The position numbers and the translations under genes are program-made. This document shows, piece by piece, positions 45,917 through 54,280 of a DNA stretch of 64,000 nucleotides. Numbering within the stretch: position 1 is the first letter of the stretch; each line of letters opens with the position of its first letter. Source of the stretch: an uncultured bacterium. Its GTDB lineage: Bacteria > Elusimicrobiota > Elusimicrobia > Elusimicrobiales > Elusimicrobiaceae. The DNA lies in the NCBI GenBank assembly GCA_949291515.1, contig CASEVY010000013.1, positions 16,389 to 80,388 on the forward strand, given 5' to 3'. A model generated the notes under the pieces. The model was not told where the DNA came from. It was given only the letters and a program-made list of their open reading frames with translations, and did not search any database.

Positions 45917-46603
45917 CTATATCCAAGCAAAAGCCTTATTGCAAGTATATCTTATTTTAGGATAATATACGGTAATTTGAGCGCTTTTTTTGTCTATTTC
46001 GACATATCTCAGCAAATCGCATTTATCTGACGAAAAAACCCACGAAGATTCCGACTTCGGGCAATCGACTGCGCTTAACGCCCCATAGTTGCCTTGCGAC
46101 ATTAATGTTTTTTTGTTTTCCGCCAATTTGCTTTCACATTCCGCAATTTGTTTTTGTACTATTTTCGATTGGCGGGGATTGCCCTCAATATAGTAAGTAT
46201 AGAGCGTAAAACTATCCATCTCTTCGCGCTCTTCAACGATATAGGGCCACCTGCAAACGCCATTATTTTTCTTGTATCCGGAATTACAAATACAATCCCC
46301 ATCGTTATAAACCCACCCTTTGTCTTTTTCGCAAGTATAAGTTCTGTTGCAGGTTCCGTTTTCACAGACACATTTTTCCGAGGGACGACTCTCGCAAAAG
46401 GAGCCGTTCCAACATTTATCATCGGGGCAGGAATCGCTGCGGCATTCTTTTCCCCACTCGCTGTAATATCCGTCGGAGCAACACTCTCTGGCCTCCGTTT
46501 CGCACTCGTTTTTAGGCCTGTATTCAAATGCTGTTTTACCAAGACAGGAATCCGCGCCGAAAGCGGGAAAGGAAAACAAAAGGCAAATAAGCGATAAAAT
46601 CAA
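45917..46603 (-). CDS. Secreted Cys-rich protein with an EGF-like signature
   Basis: Hydrophobic N-terminus (TTG start). There are about 20 Cys in aa 20-120, including CICNSGYKKNNGVC, which fits C-x-C-x2-G-[FYW]-x4-8-C. Confidence 0.6.
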   Translation of the reverse strand: MILSLICLLFSFPAFGADSCLGKTAFEYRPKNECETEARECCSDGYYSEWGKECRSDSCPDDKCWNGSFCESRPSEKCVCENGTCNRTYTCEKDKGWVYNDGDCICNSGYKKNNGVCRWPYIVEEREEMDSFTLYTYYIEGNPRQSKIVQKQIAECESKLAENKKTLMSQGNYGALSAVDCPKSESSWVFSSDKCDLLRYVEIDKKSAQITVYYPKIRYTCNKAFAWI

Positions 46604-46779
46604 ATATCCTGCGTTTTTTTAATAGACATACTCCCCCCTAATCATCATATTGTTACAATGAAATTTATCAAAAAAAACTGTCAAGCGTTTTTTGATTTTC
46701 GGAAAAGTTTAAGACGAAGGATCTTTGGATTTTATATTTGAAGTCAATAAAAAAACATTCTTACTTAAAGGGCGGAATA

Positions 46780-47400
46780 TTATCGGCCTATTTTCCCTAC
46801 GGTAAAAGTGTGAACAAAAGGATATCTATCGTATTCATCGGCAGAAATATCTTCGGGGATTTGTTTTATCCTAACAATCAGATAATACTTCCCGTTTGAA
46901 GCCGCTTTTGTTATCTGCAGGAACGCTACCTCTACGTTTCTTTTATTATTTTCCACTTCGGATTCGGGCATTTTTTTGTTTTCCGTTTCCATAACAAGGA
47001 CGGAAGATTGCGTCAGAGAAAACTTAAAATCATAAGCGATATTTTTTTCTTTCAAAAACAACTTATATTCTGGTTTTGATATTTTCATTCCCGCCATTCT
47101 CACGGCCGGGATATTCAATTCCGCTTTACCCTTTTTACACGGCAATAGGAGAGCATATTCGTAGTTAAGGCTACGTTCATAAGTTCTCTTAAAATCCCAA
47201 ACGGGCGCTTTTGATTTTGATGTGTTTTTATTTTTAATATAGGCTTGGCGCAATTCCTCTTTCAATGCTCTTTCGTTTTGGCTGAGTACGATGCGGCGCA
47301 GCTCATCTTCGTTTCGGGCTTTTGCACCTTCCAACGTAGCCTGCGCGCATATAAAACGGCAGCACAACAAAAAAAGTATCAATGTTATTATTCGACGCAT
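46780..47400 (-). CDS. Secreted protein of unknown function (206 aa)
   Basis: Signal peptide MRRIITLILFLLCCRFICAQA. No recognisable domain. Confidence 0.55.
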   Translation of the reverse strand: MRRIITLILFLLCCRFICAQATLEGAKARNEDELRRIVLSQNERALKEELRQAYIKNKNTSKSKAPVWDFKRTYERSLNYEYALLLPCKKGKAELNIPAVRMAGMKISKPEYKLFLKEKNIAYDFKFSLTQSSVLVMETENKKMPESEVENNKRNVEVAFLQITKAASNGKYYLIVRIKQIPEDISADEYDRYPFVHTFTVGKIGR

Positions 47401-47456
47401 AATTAAACGGGGCGCAAATATACGCCTAAAATTATTTTACGATTTTAATCAAAAAT

Positions 47457-47490
47457 AGAAAAAGGGCGTACCCGTCAAGAGTACGCCCTT
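47457..47490 (-). terminator. Terminator of the H1-like gene
   Basis: Minus strand reads GGGCGTAC-(9 nt)-GTACGCCC followed by TTTTTCTATTTTT. Confidence 0.7.
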
Positions 47491-47505
47491 CAAGTTGTTA
47501 AAAAG

Positions 47506-47790
47506 TTATTTTTTTGAAGCCTTTTTAACCGCTTTCTTTACACATTTCTTAGCCGCCGGTTTCTTTACCGCAGCTTTCTTTACGGCTACTTTTTTAGCCG
47601 CAGGTTTCTTGGCGCAAGCCTTCTTGCCGCAGCAAGCCTTCTTGGCGCAAGTTTTCTTAGCCGCCGGTTTCTTTACCGCGACCTTTTTTACAGCGGCCTT
47701 CTTTGCCGCCGGCTTCTTTACCGCAGCCTTCTTTACGGCTACTTTTTTAGCCGCAGGTTTCTTGGCTGCTACTTTCTTCTTTACAGGCAT
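47506..47790 (-). CDS. Histone-H1-like Lys/Ala-rich DNA-binding protein containing a central Cys cluster
   Basis: The 94-aa protein is made almost entirely of (V/A/P)AAKK repeats with a central TCAKKACCGKKACAKK. It has its own promoter, an AGGAGA RBS and a terminator. Confidence 0.7.
   Translation of the reverse strand: MPVKKKVAAKKPAAKKVAVKKAAVKKPAAKKAAVKKVAVKKPAAKKTCAKKACCGKKACAKKPAAKKVAVKKAAVKKPAAKKCVKKAVKKASKK
47552..47613. repeat. Copy 1 of a 62-bp intragenic direct repeat
   Basis: Differs at 2 of 62 positions from 47705-47766. Encodes KKPAAKKVAVKKAAVKKPAAKK. Confidence 0.85.
47705..47766. repeat. Copy 2 of the 62-bp intragenic direct repeat
   Basis: Matches 47552-47613 at 60 of 62 positions. 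A partial third copy lies near 47659-47680. Confidence 0.85.
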
Positions 47791-47828
47791 TTTATTTCTC
47801 CTGAATATAAGGATATAACTTCAATGAA

Positions 47829-47857
47829 ATAATACTACAAAACAAAAACATTTTCAA
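47829..47857 (-). promoter_or_regulatory. Sigma70-type promoter of the H1-like gene
   Basis: Minus strand reads TTGAAA (47857-47852)-N17-TATTAT (47834-47829), about 40 nt upstream of the ATG. Confidence 0.5.
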
Positions 47858-48135
47858 CTTTTTTGTAAAAAATAGATAAAATTTTTTAAAAAAATCAAGT
47901 CCCCAATCGCCTATACATTTATTCCGATCTCCGTCTGAGAATTTAGCTTTTTTTAAAATATTTTCCATATTTCCAATTATTTTATTTCGCTTGATTACAA
48001 AGAAGCAATACACACGTTTCAATCGATATTTTTATTTGTCTTTTTTATTTGGAATTTGTTTTTTCTTCCCACGTGAAACAATCGTATTAACTTTTTTATT
48101 TTTAATAAAATCTGTTTTTATCCTGGCCCAAACAC

Positions 48136-48168
48136 AAAAAAAGCGGCGCATTTTTAAATGCGCCGCTT
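48136..48168 (-). terminator. Terminator of the CBM-like membrane protein gene
   Basis: Minus strand reads GCGGCGCAT-ttaaaa-ATGCGCCGC followed by TTTTTTT. Confidence 0.75.
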
Positions 48169-48183
48169 ACCAAAATTAAGCTG

Positions 48184-48783
48184 TTATTTAACTATCAATA
48201 TTGATCGGCCGTCTTCTTGTTCCGCATTCGGATCAGGCATTTCTTTACCGTCGACTATATACAAATATCTGTATTCGCCCGGATAGATTACCAATGTCGT
48301 AGACCATACGCCGCCGCTCTTTTTAAGAGCAATAGGTTTCCGCATTGTAAAACCCGATATTATCGACACCTTTTTGGCGTCGCCGTAATATTTGAACGTT
48401 ACCTTTCTCGTTTTACCGGTGCCGGATACAAAAACGCTCTGTTTTTTGGGCTCCGCTTTCACTTCTGCGGGTTGTTCTTCTTTTACCACAGGCGCACTAG
48501 ATGTTTCGTCGGATTTAGGTTCTTCCTCTTGTACGGAAGATGAATCTTCCTCCTGCGGAAGTTTTATATCTTCCACTTCCAAATTGTCAGAAGCGGAAAC
48601 GTCCGACAATTCTTCCTCCTGCGCCACGCTTTGCGGTATTAAGGAAGCGAAATCGAAACCGTTAAAAAAAGCTCTGTATATGAAAAACCCGAAAACGCAC
48701 AACGCCACTATATCTACAAATATTAAAAATAACCAAATCTCTTTTGAAGTTTTTTTGCTGTTTTCTTGAATTTCTTCGGGCAT
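48184..48783 (-). CDS. Membrane-anchored protein with a C-terminal glycogen-binding (AMPK-beta/CBM48-like) domain
   Basis: One TM helix and an acidic linker. The segment VTFKYYGDAKKVSIISGF...GVWSTTLVIYPGEYRYLYIVDGKEMPDP is typical of AMPK1_CBM-type beta-sandwiches. Confidence 0.6.
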   Translation of the reverse strand: MPEEIQENSKKTSKEIWLFLIFVDIVALCVFGFFIYRAFFNGFDFASLIPQSVAQEEELSDVSASDNLEVEDIKLPQEEDSSSVQEEEPKSDETSSAPVVKEEQPAEVKAEPKKQSVFVSGTGKTRKVTFKYYGDAKKVSIISGFTMRKPIALKKSGGVWSTTLVIYPGEYRYLYIVDGKEMPDPNAEQEDGRSILIVK

Positions 48784-48797
48784 AAGGACCTCTTAAA

Positions 48798-48868
48798 AGC
48801 GGGCGAAGGGAATCGAACCCTCGTCTAAAGCTTGGGAAGCTTCCGTTCTACCATTGAACCACGCCCGC
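48798..48868 (-). tRNA. tRNA-Gly (anticodon CCC)
   Basis: The reverse complement reads GCGGGCG..GTTCAATGGTAGAAC..GAAGC-TTCCCAA-GCTTT..GGGTTCGATTCCC..CGCCCGC-T. No encoded CCA. Confidence 0.9.
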
Positions 48869-48928
48869 ACAAACTCAACACATTTATTTTACTAAAATAA
48901 GCTGCTTTTCGGCAAATTTATTGAACCG

Positions 48929-50434
48929 CTATCCAAGTAGACGGCTCTTGTTCTCGGAAAGGAAACGCAATGCGTCTTCTCTCGTCTTTATATTCCCTTC
49001 GACCTGCTCCAAAACCACCTGTTCCATTATCTCACCAACCTTCGGGCCGGGAACTATTTTCAGAACCTTCATAATATCGCGCCCGTCGATGAGCCGGACC
49101 GGTGCGGTAAAACGTTTTTCCTCGTTAAAATACTTGCCGAAAAGGAAATTTAACATCTGCATATGCCTTAACGTCTTGCCGACATTTTCTTTTTTCTTGG
49201 CATCTTCCATAGTCATTACCGGCAATACGGACTTCTTCATTAAGGCCGGTATCTGGCGCGGTTTTACGTAGCTTGTGTAATCGGCCCAGCATAAAAGCAG
49301 CATAGGAATACCGGCGGATCCCAACTCCTTAAAAAATTTATATATTCCCTTATCTGTAACTATTTCGTTGCTGGCTAGATTACTCGGCCGCAAATGATAG
49401 TATATCATCTTGCATATAAGTTTCTGATTGTCCGAAGAAAACTTCAAATTCTTCAGAAATCGCTCCGCCATTTCGCTGCCCCGCTCCTCATGATGAAAAA
49501 ATCTGAGTCTGCCGTTTATTTCCTTAGCGGTGGCCGGTTTGGCTATATCGTGCAGCAAAGCCGCCATTTTATAAATCGAAATATCTTTGGCATACGGCTT
49601 TAGTTTCCCGTAATGTTTGGGGAAAGCTCTTTTCAAATTTCCGAGCAGAAATTCCATCCGCTCCATAACTTTCATAGTGTGCGTAAAAACGCCCCCCGCT
49701 CCGTAATAGCAAAGCGCGCAATTCTTTTGTTTTTCAAGCTCCGGGAGCAAGGTGCATAACACTCCGGTTTCGTCCATTTCTCGCAGAACAGCGGCCGTAT
49801 TTTTGGCAAAAAATATACGGCGCAGCTCTTCCTGTATCCGCTCTCCTGCGGGCTTGAACGCCAAAGAGGAATATTTCTTTATCAGAGATAAAGTTTTATC
49901 TTCTATTTTAAAATTTAACTCGCACGCCGTTCTGAAAGCCCTCAGCAGTCTTAAAGGATCTTCTTGAAATACTTGCGGAGCGTTAGCCCGAACGATTTTA
50001 TTTTTAATGTCAGCGATACCGCCGTTTAAATCGATAATATCGTCTTTTCTGAATGAGAAGAGTTTAAGAAAAATCTTTTTCCCTTCTTTTTTTAGTTTTA
50101 TCTTTATCGGAGAATTTATCGGATACGCAAGCGCGTTTATGGTGAAATCTCGGCGTTTTAAATCCGTTTTAACGTCTTTGCCTACAAACGCGCACAAATC
50201 TATCTGCAGACCGTTTTTGCCGCTTATGCGCCATACGCAAAACTCTTTATCCATTTCAAACGCGGCAGCCTTTAATTTTGCGGCCAATTTCAAAGCGCTG
50301 GGCTTTACATCTTCCCTAGGCATAGCCAAATCTATGTCGGAGGAATATCTGCGCATTAAAGCGTCACGCAGAGCGCCCCCGACGTAATACCCGTCGGGGA
50401 CGCATTCTTTTATAATTCTGCCTAAATTAATCAT
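48929..50434 (-). CDS. cca: CCA-adding enzyme / poly(A) polymerase-family tRNA nucleotidyltransferase with an HD domain
   Basis: GGALRDALM..DIDLAM NTase head and HD motif ALLHDIAKP. Adjacent to tRNA-Gly. Confidence 0.75.
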   Translation of the reverse strand: MINLGRIIKECVPDGYYVGGALRDALMRRYSSDIDLAMPREDVKPSALKLAAKLKAAAFEMDKEFCVWRISGKNGLQIDLCAFVGKDVKTDLKRRDFTINALAYPINSPIKIKLKKEGKKIFLKLFSFRKDDIIDLNGGIADIKNKIVRANAPQVFQEDPLRLLRAFRTACELNFKIEDKTLSLIKKYSSLAFKPAGERIQEELRRIFFAKNTAAVLREMDETGVLCTLLPELEKQKNCALCYYGAGGVFTHTMKVMERMEFLLGNLKRAFPKHYGKLKPYAKDISIYKMAALLHDIAKPATAKEINGRLRFFHHEERGSEMAERFLKNLKFSSDNQKLICKMIYYHLRPSNLASNEIVTDKGIYKFFKELGSAGIPMLLLCWADYTSYVKPRQIPALMKKSVLPVMTMEDAKKKENVGKTLRHMQMLNFLFGKYFNEEKRFTAPVRLIDGRDIMKVLKIVPGPKVGEIMEQVVLEQVEGNIKTREDALRFLSENKSRLLG

Positions 50435-52059
50435 TCTATGCCCGCGGACGGACGAGCGGCCTCTTCCTGTTGTTTTAACTTCTCGACTGCCATTCGTCGG
50501 AGGTCTTTCTTCAATATTTTCCTAAGCGAGTTTTTGGGCAATTCGTCCATAAATTCCACGTCTCTGGGGCGTTTATAATTATCCAAGCTGTTCCGCAGGA
50601 ACTTCCTGAAATCCGCCTCGTTAAATTCTACGCCCTTTTTCTTGACCGCGTACAGTTTTATAAATTCTCCGCCGTGTCCGTCAGGTACGCCTACTACGGC
50701 ACACTCTTCTATACCGGGATATTCGTTTATTATATGTTCGACCTGCGCGGAAAACACCTTAAGACCTTTGATAATTATCATATCTTTCTTTCTGTCGCGT
50801 ATGAACAGAAAGCCTTCATTGTCTATTACGCCGATATCGCCGGTCTTGAACCACCCCTCTTTGTCGAAAGCGTCCGCCGAAGCCTGCGGATTATTGTAAT
50901 ATCCGTGAAAGACATTATCGCCCTTTACGCATATTTCGCCTTCCGTATTTCTGGGCAGTTCATTGCCGTTGTCATCGGTAATCCGGATCTTCACGTAAGG
51001 CAAATTAATACCGACGGAACCGGCCTTTCTGTTATGCTCGGTGTTGACGCTGACTATCGGGCTTGTTTCCGTCAAACCGTAGCCTTCCAAAATGGGCAAA
51101 TCAAGCTGTTTTTCAAAATGGGCCTGCGTTTCTTTGTTAAGAGGAGCCGCGCCGGATATGCAGAACCTTACTTTTCTAAAAGCCCAATATTGCAAATAGA
51201 GTTTCTTTAAGCCTTTGGCTTCCTTCGCCAAAACGCTGTAAAGCTGAGGGACGGCTATCATCAAAGTTACGCGCTCCTTGCCCATAAGATGCAACCATGC
51301 GGAAGCTGGCGTAATATTTGCCATTACCACTACCTTCAGGCCCAAGGTAAGCGGCAAGACGATATTTGCGGTCCAAGCCAAAGTATGGAATAGCGGCAAA
51401 ATGCAGAGGAATACGTCCTCTTCCGTAATTTTGAACGAAAGTACGGTTGAATATACGTCCGACATTATGTTTTTATGCGTCAGCATAACGCCTTTCGGCA
51501 GGCCGGTCGTACCGGAAGTGTATAAAATCATCGCCAAATCTTCATAGAAGGGGCGCACGTTTAAAGTCTGAGGGTTAAACTGACTGCTTTCAACAGCAGG
51601 CCAGAACAGTTTTATGTCTTTATCCTCAAGTTTTGCGACGCTTGATTGTATCTCATCAACGGAAAATATATATTTAAGTTCGGGAATATCTTTCTTTATC
51701 GGGGCATAATGACGCAGGAACTCCGCCTGAGTTACCACGGCTTTCGCGCGCGAGTCCGACAAAATAAACTTCAGTTCCTCCGCTTTTGAAACCATAAAGT
51801 TTATAGGCACGCTTACCGCCCCTATCTTGAAAAGAGCGTAATTGGTGATTACTACTTCCACCGAGTTGCGCATTGCTACGGCCACTTTATCGTTCTTTCT
51901 TATGCCGTGTTCCCAAAACATATCGGCAGTACGGTCTACCTTCATAAGGAGCTCGTGGTAAGACCAATGCTTGCCGTTATACACTATAGCGGTAGCTTCA
52001 GGTCTTTTATATGCGCTTGATGTAAGCGCGGTATACAGATCCGTTGAATTGATTTCCAT
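50431..52059 (-). CDS. AMP-dependent (long-chain fatty) acyl-CoA ligase
   Basis: AMP-binding motif YTSGTTGLPKGVMLTH and the later motifs GYGLTE and TGD. Its stop overlaps the cca start by 4 nt. Confidence 0.85.
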   Translation of the reverse strand: MEINSTDLYTALTSSAYKRPEATAIVYNGKHWSYHELLMKVDRTADMFWEHGIRKNDKVAVAMRNSVEVVITNYALFKIGAVSVPINFMVSKAEELKFILSDSRAKAVVTQAEFLRHYAPIKKDIPELKYIFSVDEIQSSVAKLEDKDIKLFWPAVESSQFNPQTLNVRPFYEDLAMILYTSGTTGLPKGVMLTHKNIMSDVYSTVLSFKITEEDVFLCILPLFHTLAWTANIVLPLTLGLKVVVMANITPASAWLHLMGKERVTLMIAVPQLYSVLAKEAKGLKKLYLQYWAFRKVRFCISGAAPLNKETQAHFEKQLDLPILEGYGLTETSPIVSVNTEHNRKAGSVGINLPYVKIRITDDNGNELPRNTEGEICVKGDNVFHGYYNNPQASADAFDKEGWFKTGDIGVIDNEGFLFIRDRKKDMIIIKGLKVFSAQVEHIINEYPGIEECAVVGVPDGHGGEFIKLYAVKKKGVEFNEADFRKFLRNSLDNYKRPRDVEFMDELPKNSLRKILKKDLRRMAVEKLKQQEEAARPSAGIE

Positions 52060-52174
52060 ATATATATTTTACTATTTACGGCCAATTCTTACAAATTCGC
52101 CCGCTGTCCGTTTTTAATGGGCGGAAGTAAATGGCTTGTCTTAAAATCTCAAAAATATTATTATTTATTTAATT

Positions 52175-53038
52175 ATGAAAAAGTATATCGTTTCTCTTGC
52201 GCTTTTTATAGCGGCTTATATAGCAGCTATGTATCTTACCCAAGAATATACCGATCTTAAACCTGCAGGTTCGGCACCGGCCCGATTGTCGGATTTCTTC
52301 GCCGCGTTAAAGCCGGAAAATAACGACTCCGATTTGGACCGCCTTACCCAAGAGGCCACCAAACGCCTTACCCCCCAGCAGGAAGAAGAACTTAGAATAA
52401 AACAAGAGCAAGAACGCCTTGCCCAAGAACAGGCCCGCGCAAAAGCGGAAGAAATAAGATTGGCCCAAGAAAGAAGAGATAAAATTTTCAAAGAGAAAGG
52501 ATTAATCAATATAGAATCTTTGCCGGCGAAACTTTTTTTGGATATTCGTTACGCTACGGAAAATAATTTTGCGGGCAAAAAGTTATATGCTTCGGATAAA
52601 TGTTATCTTCAGAAAGACACAGCAGACGCTCTGGTTAAAGCCGCACAATACGCCGCGCAGGAAGAAACGCCATTCTATCTTTGCTTATACGACTGCTACA
52701 GACCGCTTTCCGCACAACAAGCATTATGGGATATCCACCCGGTGCCTGGGCAAGTAGCCAATCCGAAAACCGGTTCCAACCACAACAGGGGTACCGCCGT
52801 AGATTTGGGCCCTTGCGATTATCAGGGTTACCCATTGGCAGCCCCAACTCCTTTTGACGACTTCTCCGAAAACGCTTACGCATACGCCAAAGAAGGTATC
52901 CCGCAAGAAGCCATAAGGAATCGTTCCGCCTTGCAGAAGGTTATGAGAAAGGCCGGCTTTACCACAATAAGAAAAGAATGGTGGCACTTTAATTACAAAA
53001 ACGCCAAAAATTATCCCATAGTGGATTTGGAATTTTAG
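52175..53038 (+). CDS. Membrane-anchored D-alanyl-D-alanine dipeptidase (M15D, VanX/DdpX-like)
   Basis: DIRYATENNFAGKKLY, SNHNRGTAVDL and EWWHF motifs. An N-terminal TM helix is followed by a Q/E/R-rich coiled segment. Confidence 0.8.
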   Translation: MKKYIVSLALFIAAYIAAMYLTQEYTDLKPAGSAPARLSDFFAALKPENNDSDLDRLTQEATKRLTPQQEEELRIKQEQERLAQEQARAKAEEIRLAQERRDKIFKEKGLINIESLPAKLFLDIRYATENNFAGKKLYASDKCYLQKDTADALVKAAQYAAQEETPFYLCLYDCYRPLSAQQALWDIHPVPGQVANPKTGSNHNRGTAVDLGPCDYQGYPLAAPTPFDDFSENAYAYAKEGIPQEAIRNRSALQKVMRKAGFTTIRKEWWHFNYKNAKNYPIVDLEF

Positions 53039-53101
53039 CCGATAACATATTTGTTCAACGGGGCATAATAGAAATTCGGTTTAAACTTTTCCGCAATCAT
53101 A

Positions 53102-53136
53102 AAGCGGTTCGCGAAAAAAGGCGAACCGCTTTTTTA
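53102..53136 (+). terminator. Hairpin terminator (may act on both convergent genes)
   Basis: AAGCGGTTCGC-(8 nt)-GCGAACCGCTT followed by TTTT. Confidence 0.7.
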
Positions 53137-53155
53137 TTCTTTAAATATTGAAAGA

Positions 53156-54022
53156 TTATTTGTCTATTATCGGATTAAATTTGAAATCTTCAAATATATA
53201 TTCAGTAGTCCAATTGTTCTTAAACCAATTCTCGTCAAAAATTAAGTCTTTCCTTAAAGAACTGTCCAGTTCATCTTCCTTGATTGAGCGCGCCGCTTTT
53301 AATGCATAATCGGTAAATTCTTTATTTTCACTGGAAAGCACAAAATCCACCTGTTTCTTTAACAGTTTATACAATGTTTCGTCTTCGGCTATTACCGAGC
53401 AGACAATTTTTCTGTAAGGCATCAAATATGCGGATAAGGCAAAAGCCTCCGGGTGTTCGCGGGCGGTATCTGTCAAAATACGTTTTATTTCTATTCTGTC
53501 GGCCGATACCGGCACTTTATAACTATCATTATTGTAGGAACTAACAAGGTATTCTATCCCTATCGCAGCGGCGATAAATAATAGGGCGCCGCCCGTCTTT
53601 TTCATATAGCGGGTATTTCTCACTTTTTCCGCAAAGGCCCTGCGCACCTCACGCGGCTGACTCTTATAGATTATGTATTTTTTTATTTCGGAAAAATGCG
53701 TTTCGCCAAAATGCTTCCATTCTTTGCGCGGCATTTTAAGTTTTAGCCATTTGACGATATCCCCTTCCTTTTTAAGCATTCGTTTTTCAAAAAGATAATC
53801 GTCCAACACCAAATATAAGTATCCGCCCACCAGCAAACTCATCGCCGTTAGGCCCTTAGTATAAGAATTTTCTTTTTGTAAATCTTCAGGCAATTTGGAG
53901 AGCAAAACTTCAACGTCAGTTTCGGTAACCGTATTGTCTTGAGTGCGTATCCCCGCGGAATATGAAAAACCCGACAAAAAAATAATTATACCCACAAATA
54001 CTGCCGTTATTCTCTTCGACAT
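53156..54022 (-). CDS. Signal-peptide/two-TM protein of unknown function, paralog 1 (driven by composite promoter A)
   Basis: Start 54022 (MSKRITAVFVGIIIFLSGFSYSAG) follows a GAGGTG RBS. The ORF-track start at 54091 lies inside the -35 of the predicted promoter. The C-terminal region is homologous to the neighbouring gene. Confidence 0.65.
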   Translation of the reverse strand: MSKRITAVFVGIIIFLSGFSYSAGIRTQDNTVTETDVEVLLSKLPEDLQKENSYTKGLTAMSLLVGGYLYLVLDDYLFEKRMLKKEGDIVKWLKLKMPRKEWKHFGETHFSEIKKYIIYKSQPREVRRAFAEKVRNTRYMKKTGGALLFIAAAIGIEYLVSSYNNDSYKVPVSADRIEIKRILTDTAREHPEAFALSAYLMPYRKIVCSVIAEDETLYKLLKKQVDFVLSSENKEFTDYALKAARSIKEDELDSSLRKDLIFDENWFKNNWTTEYIFEDFKFNPIIDK

Positions 54023-54062
54023 ATGCGCACCTCGATGACAAATTTGAAACGTCGTTTCTTTT

Positions 54063-54130
54063 ATTTTATGAAAGGCTCCCTCTACATACAAGAGCCTTTC
54101 GCCCCATATTATTATGGGTCCTTAGACCCA
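54063..54130 (-). promoter_or_regulatory. Composite promoter copy A
   Basis: Gene orientation: GGGTCTAAGGACCC-N10-GGGGCGAAAGGCTC-TTGTAT-N17-TAAAAT. The -35 is at 54086-54091 and the -10 at 54063-54068. Confidence 0.65.
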
Positions 54131-54232
54131 CGCCCAATATCCGCAAAAAATTAGTTTCTCTTAATTCTCAAACCTTTATATTATTGCTTCAGAAACTTTT
54201 TCTCTTCCATAGAAAACCAATTTGCTAAAAGC

Positions 54233-54265
54233 AAAAAAAAGCGGGCTCTTTCAAGCCCGCTTTTT
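54233..54265 (-). terminator. Terminator of paralog 2
   Basis: Minus strand reads AGCGGGCTT-gaa-AGAGCCCGCT followed by TTTTTTTT. Confidence 0.75.
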
Positions 54266-54280
54266 ATCAGATCGTTTCTA

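Noticed and set aside
47495-47818. 107-aa plus-strand ORF made of F/A/T/L repeats
   Set aside because: It is the mirror image of the Lys/Ala-rich H1-like gene on the minus strand. The minus-strand frame has the promoter, RBS and terminator.
47792-48022. 76-aa minus-strand ORF immediately upstream of the H1-like gene
   Set aside because: It lies in an extremely AT-rich tract and overlaps the predicted TTGAAA-N17-TATTAT promoter and the RBS of the H1-like gene. It has no RBS of its own, and its composition reflects A/T runs rather than coding sequence.
54023-54091. N-terminal extensions proposed by the ORF track for several genes (54091, 26778, 38737, 41352, 45310, 35030, 12780, 28877, 32903, 57999, 60380)
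   Set aside because: In each case a downstream start has a better Shine-Dalgarno sequence, matches the N-terminus of the protein family, or avoids running into a promoter or a divergent or upstream gene. For 54091, the extension would start inside the -35 element of its own promoter.
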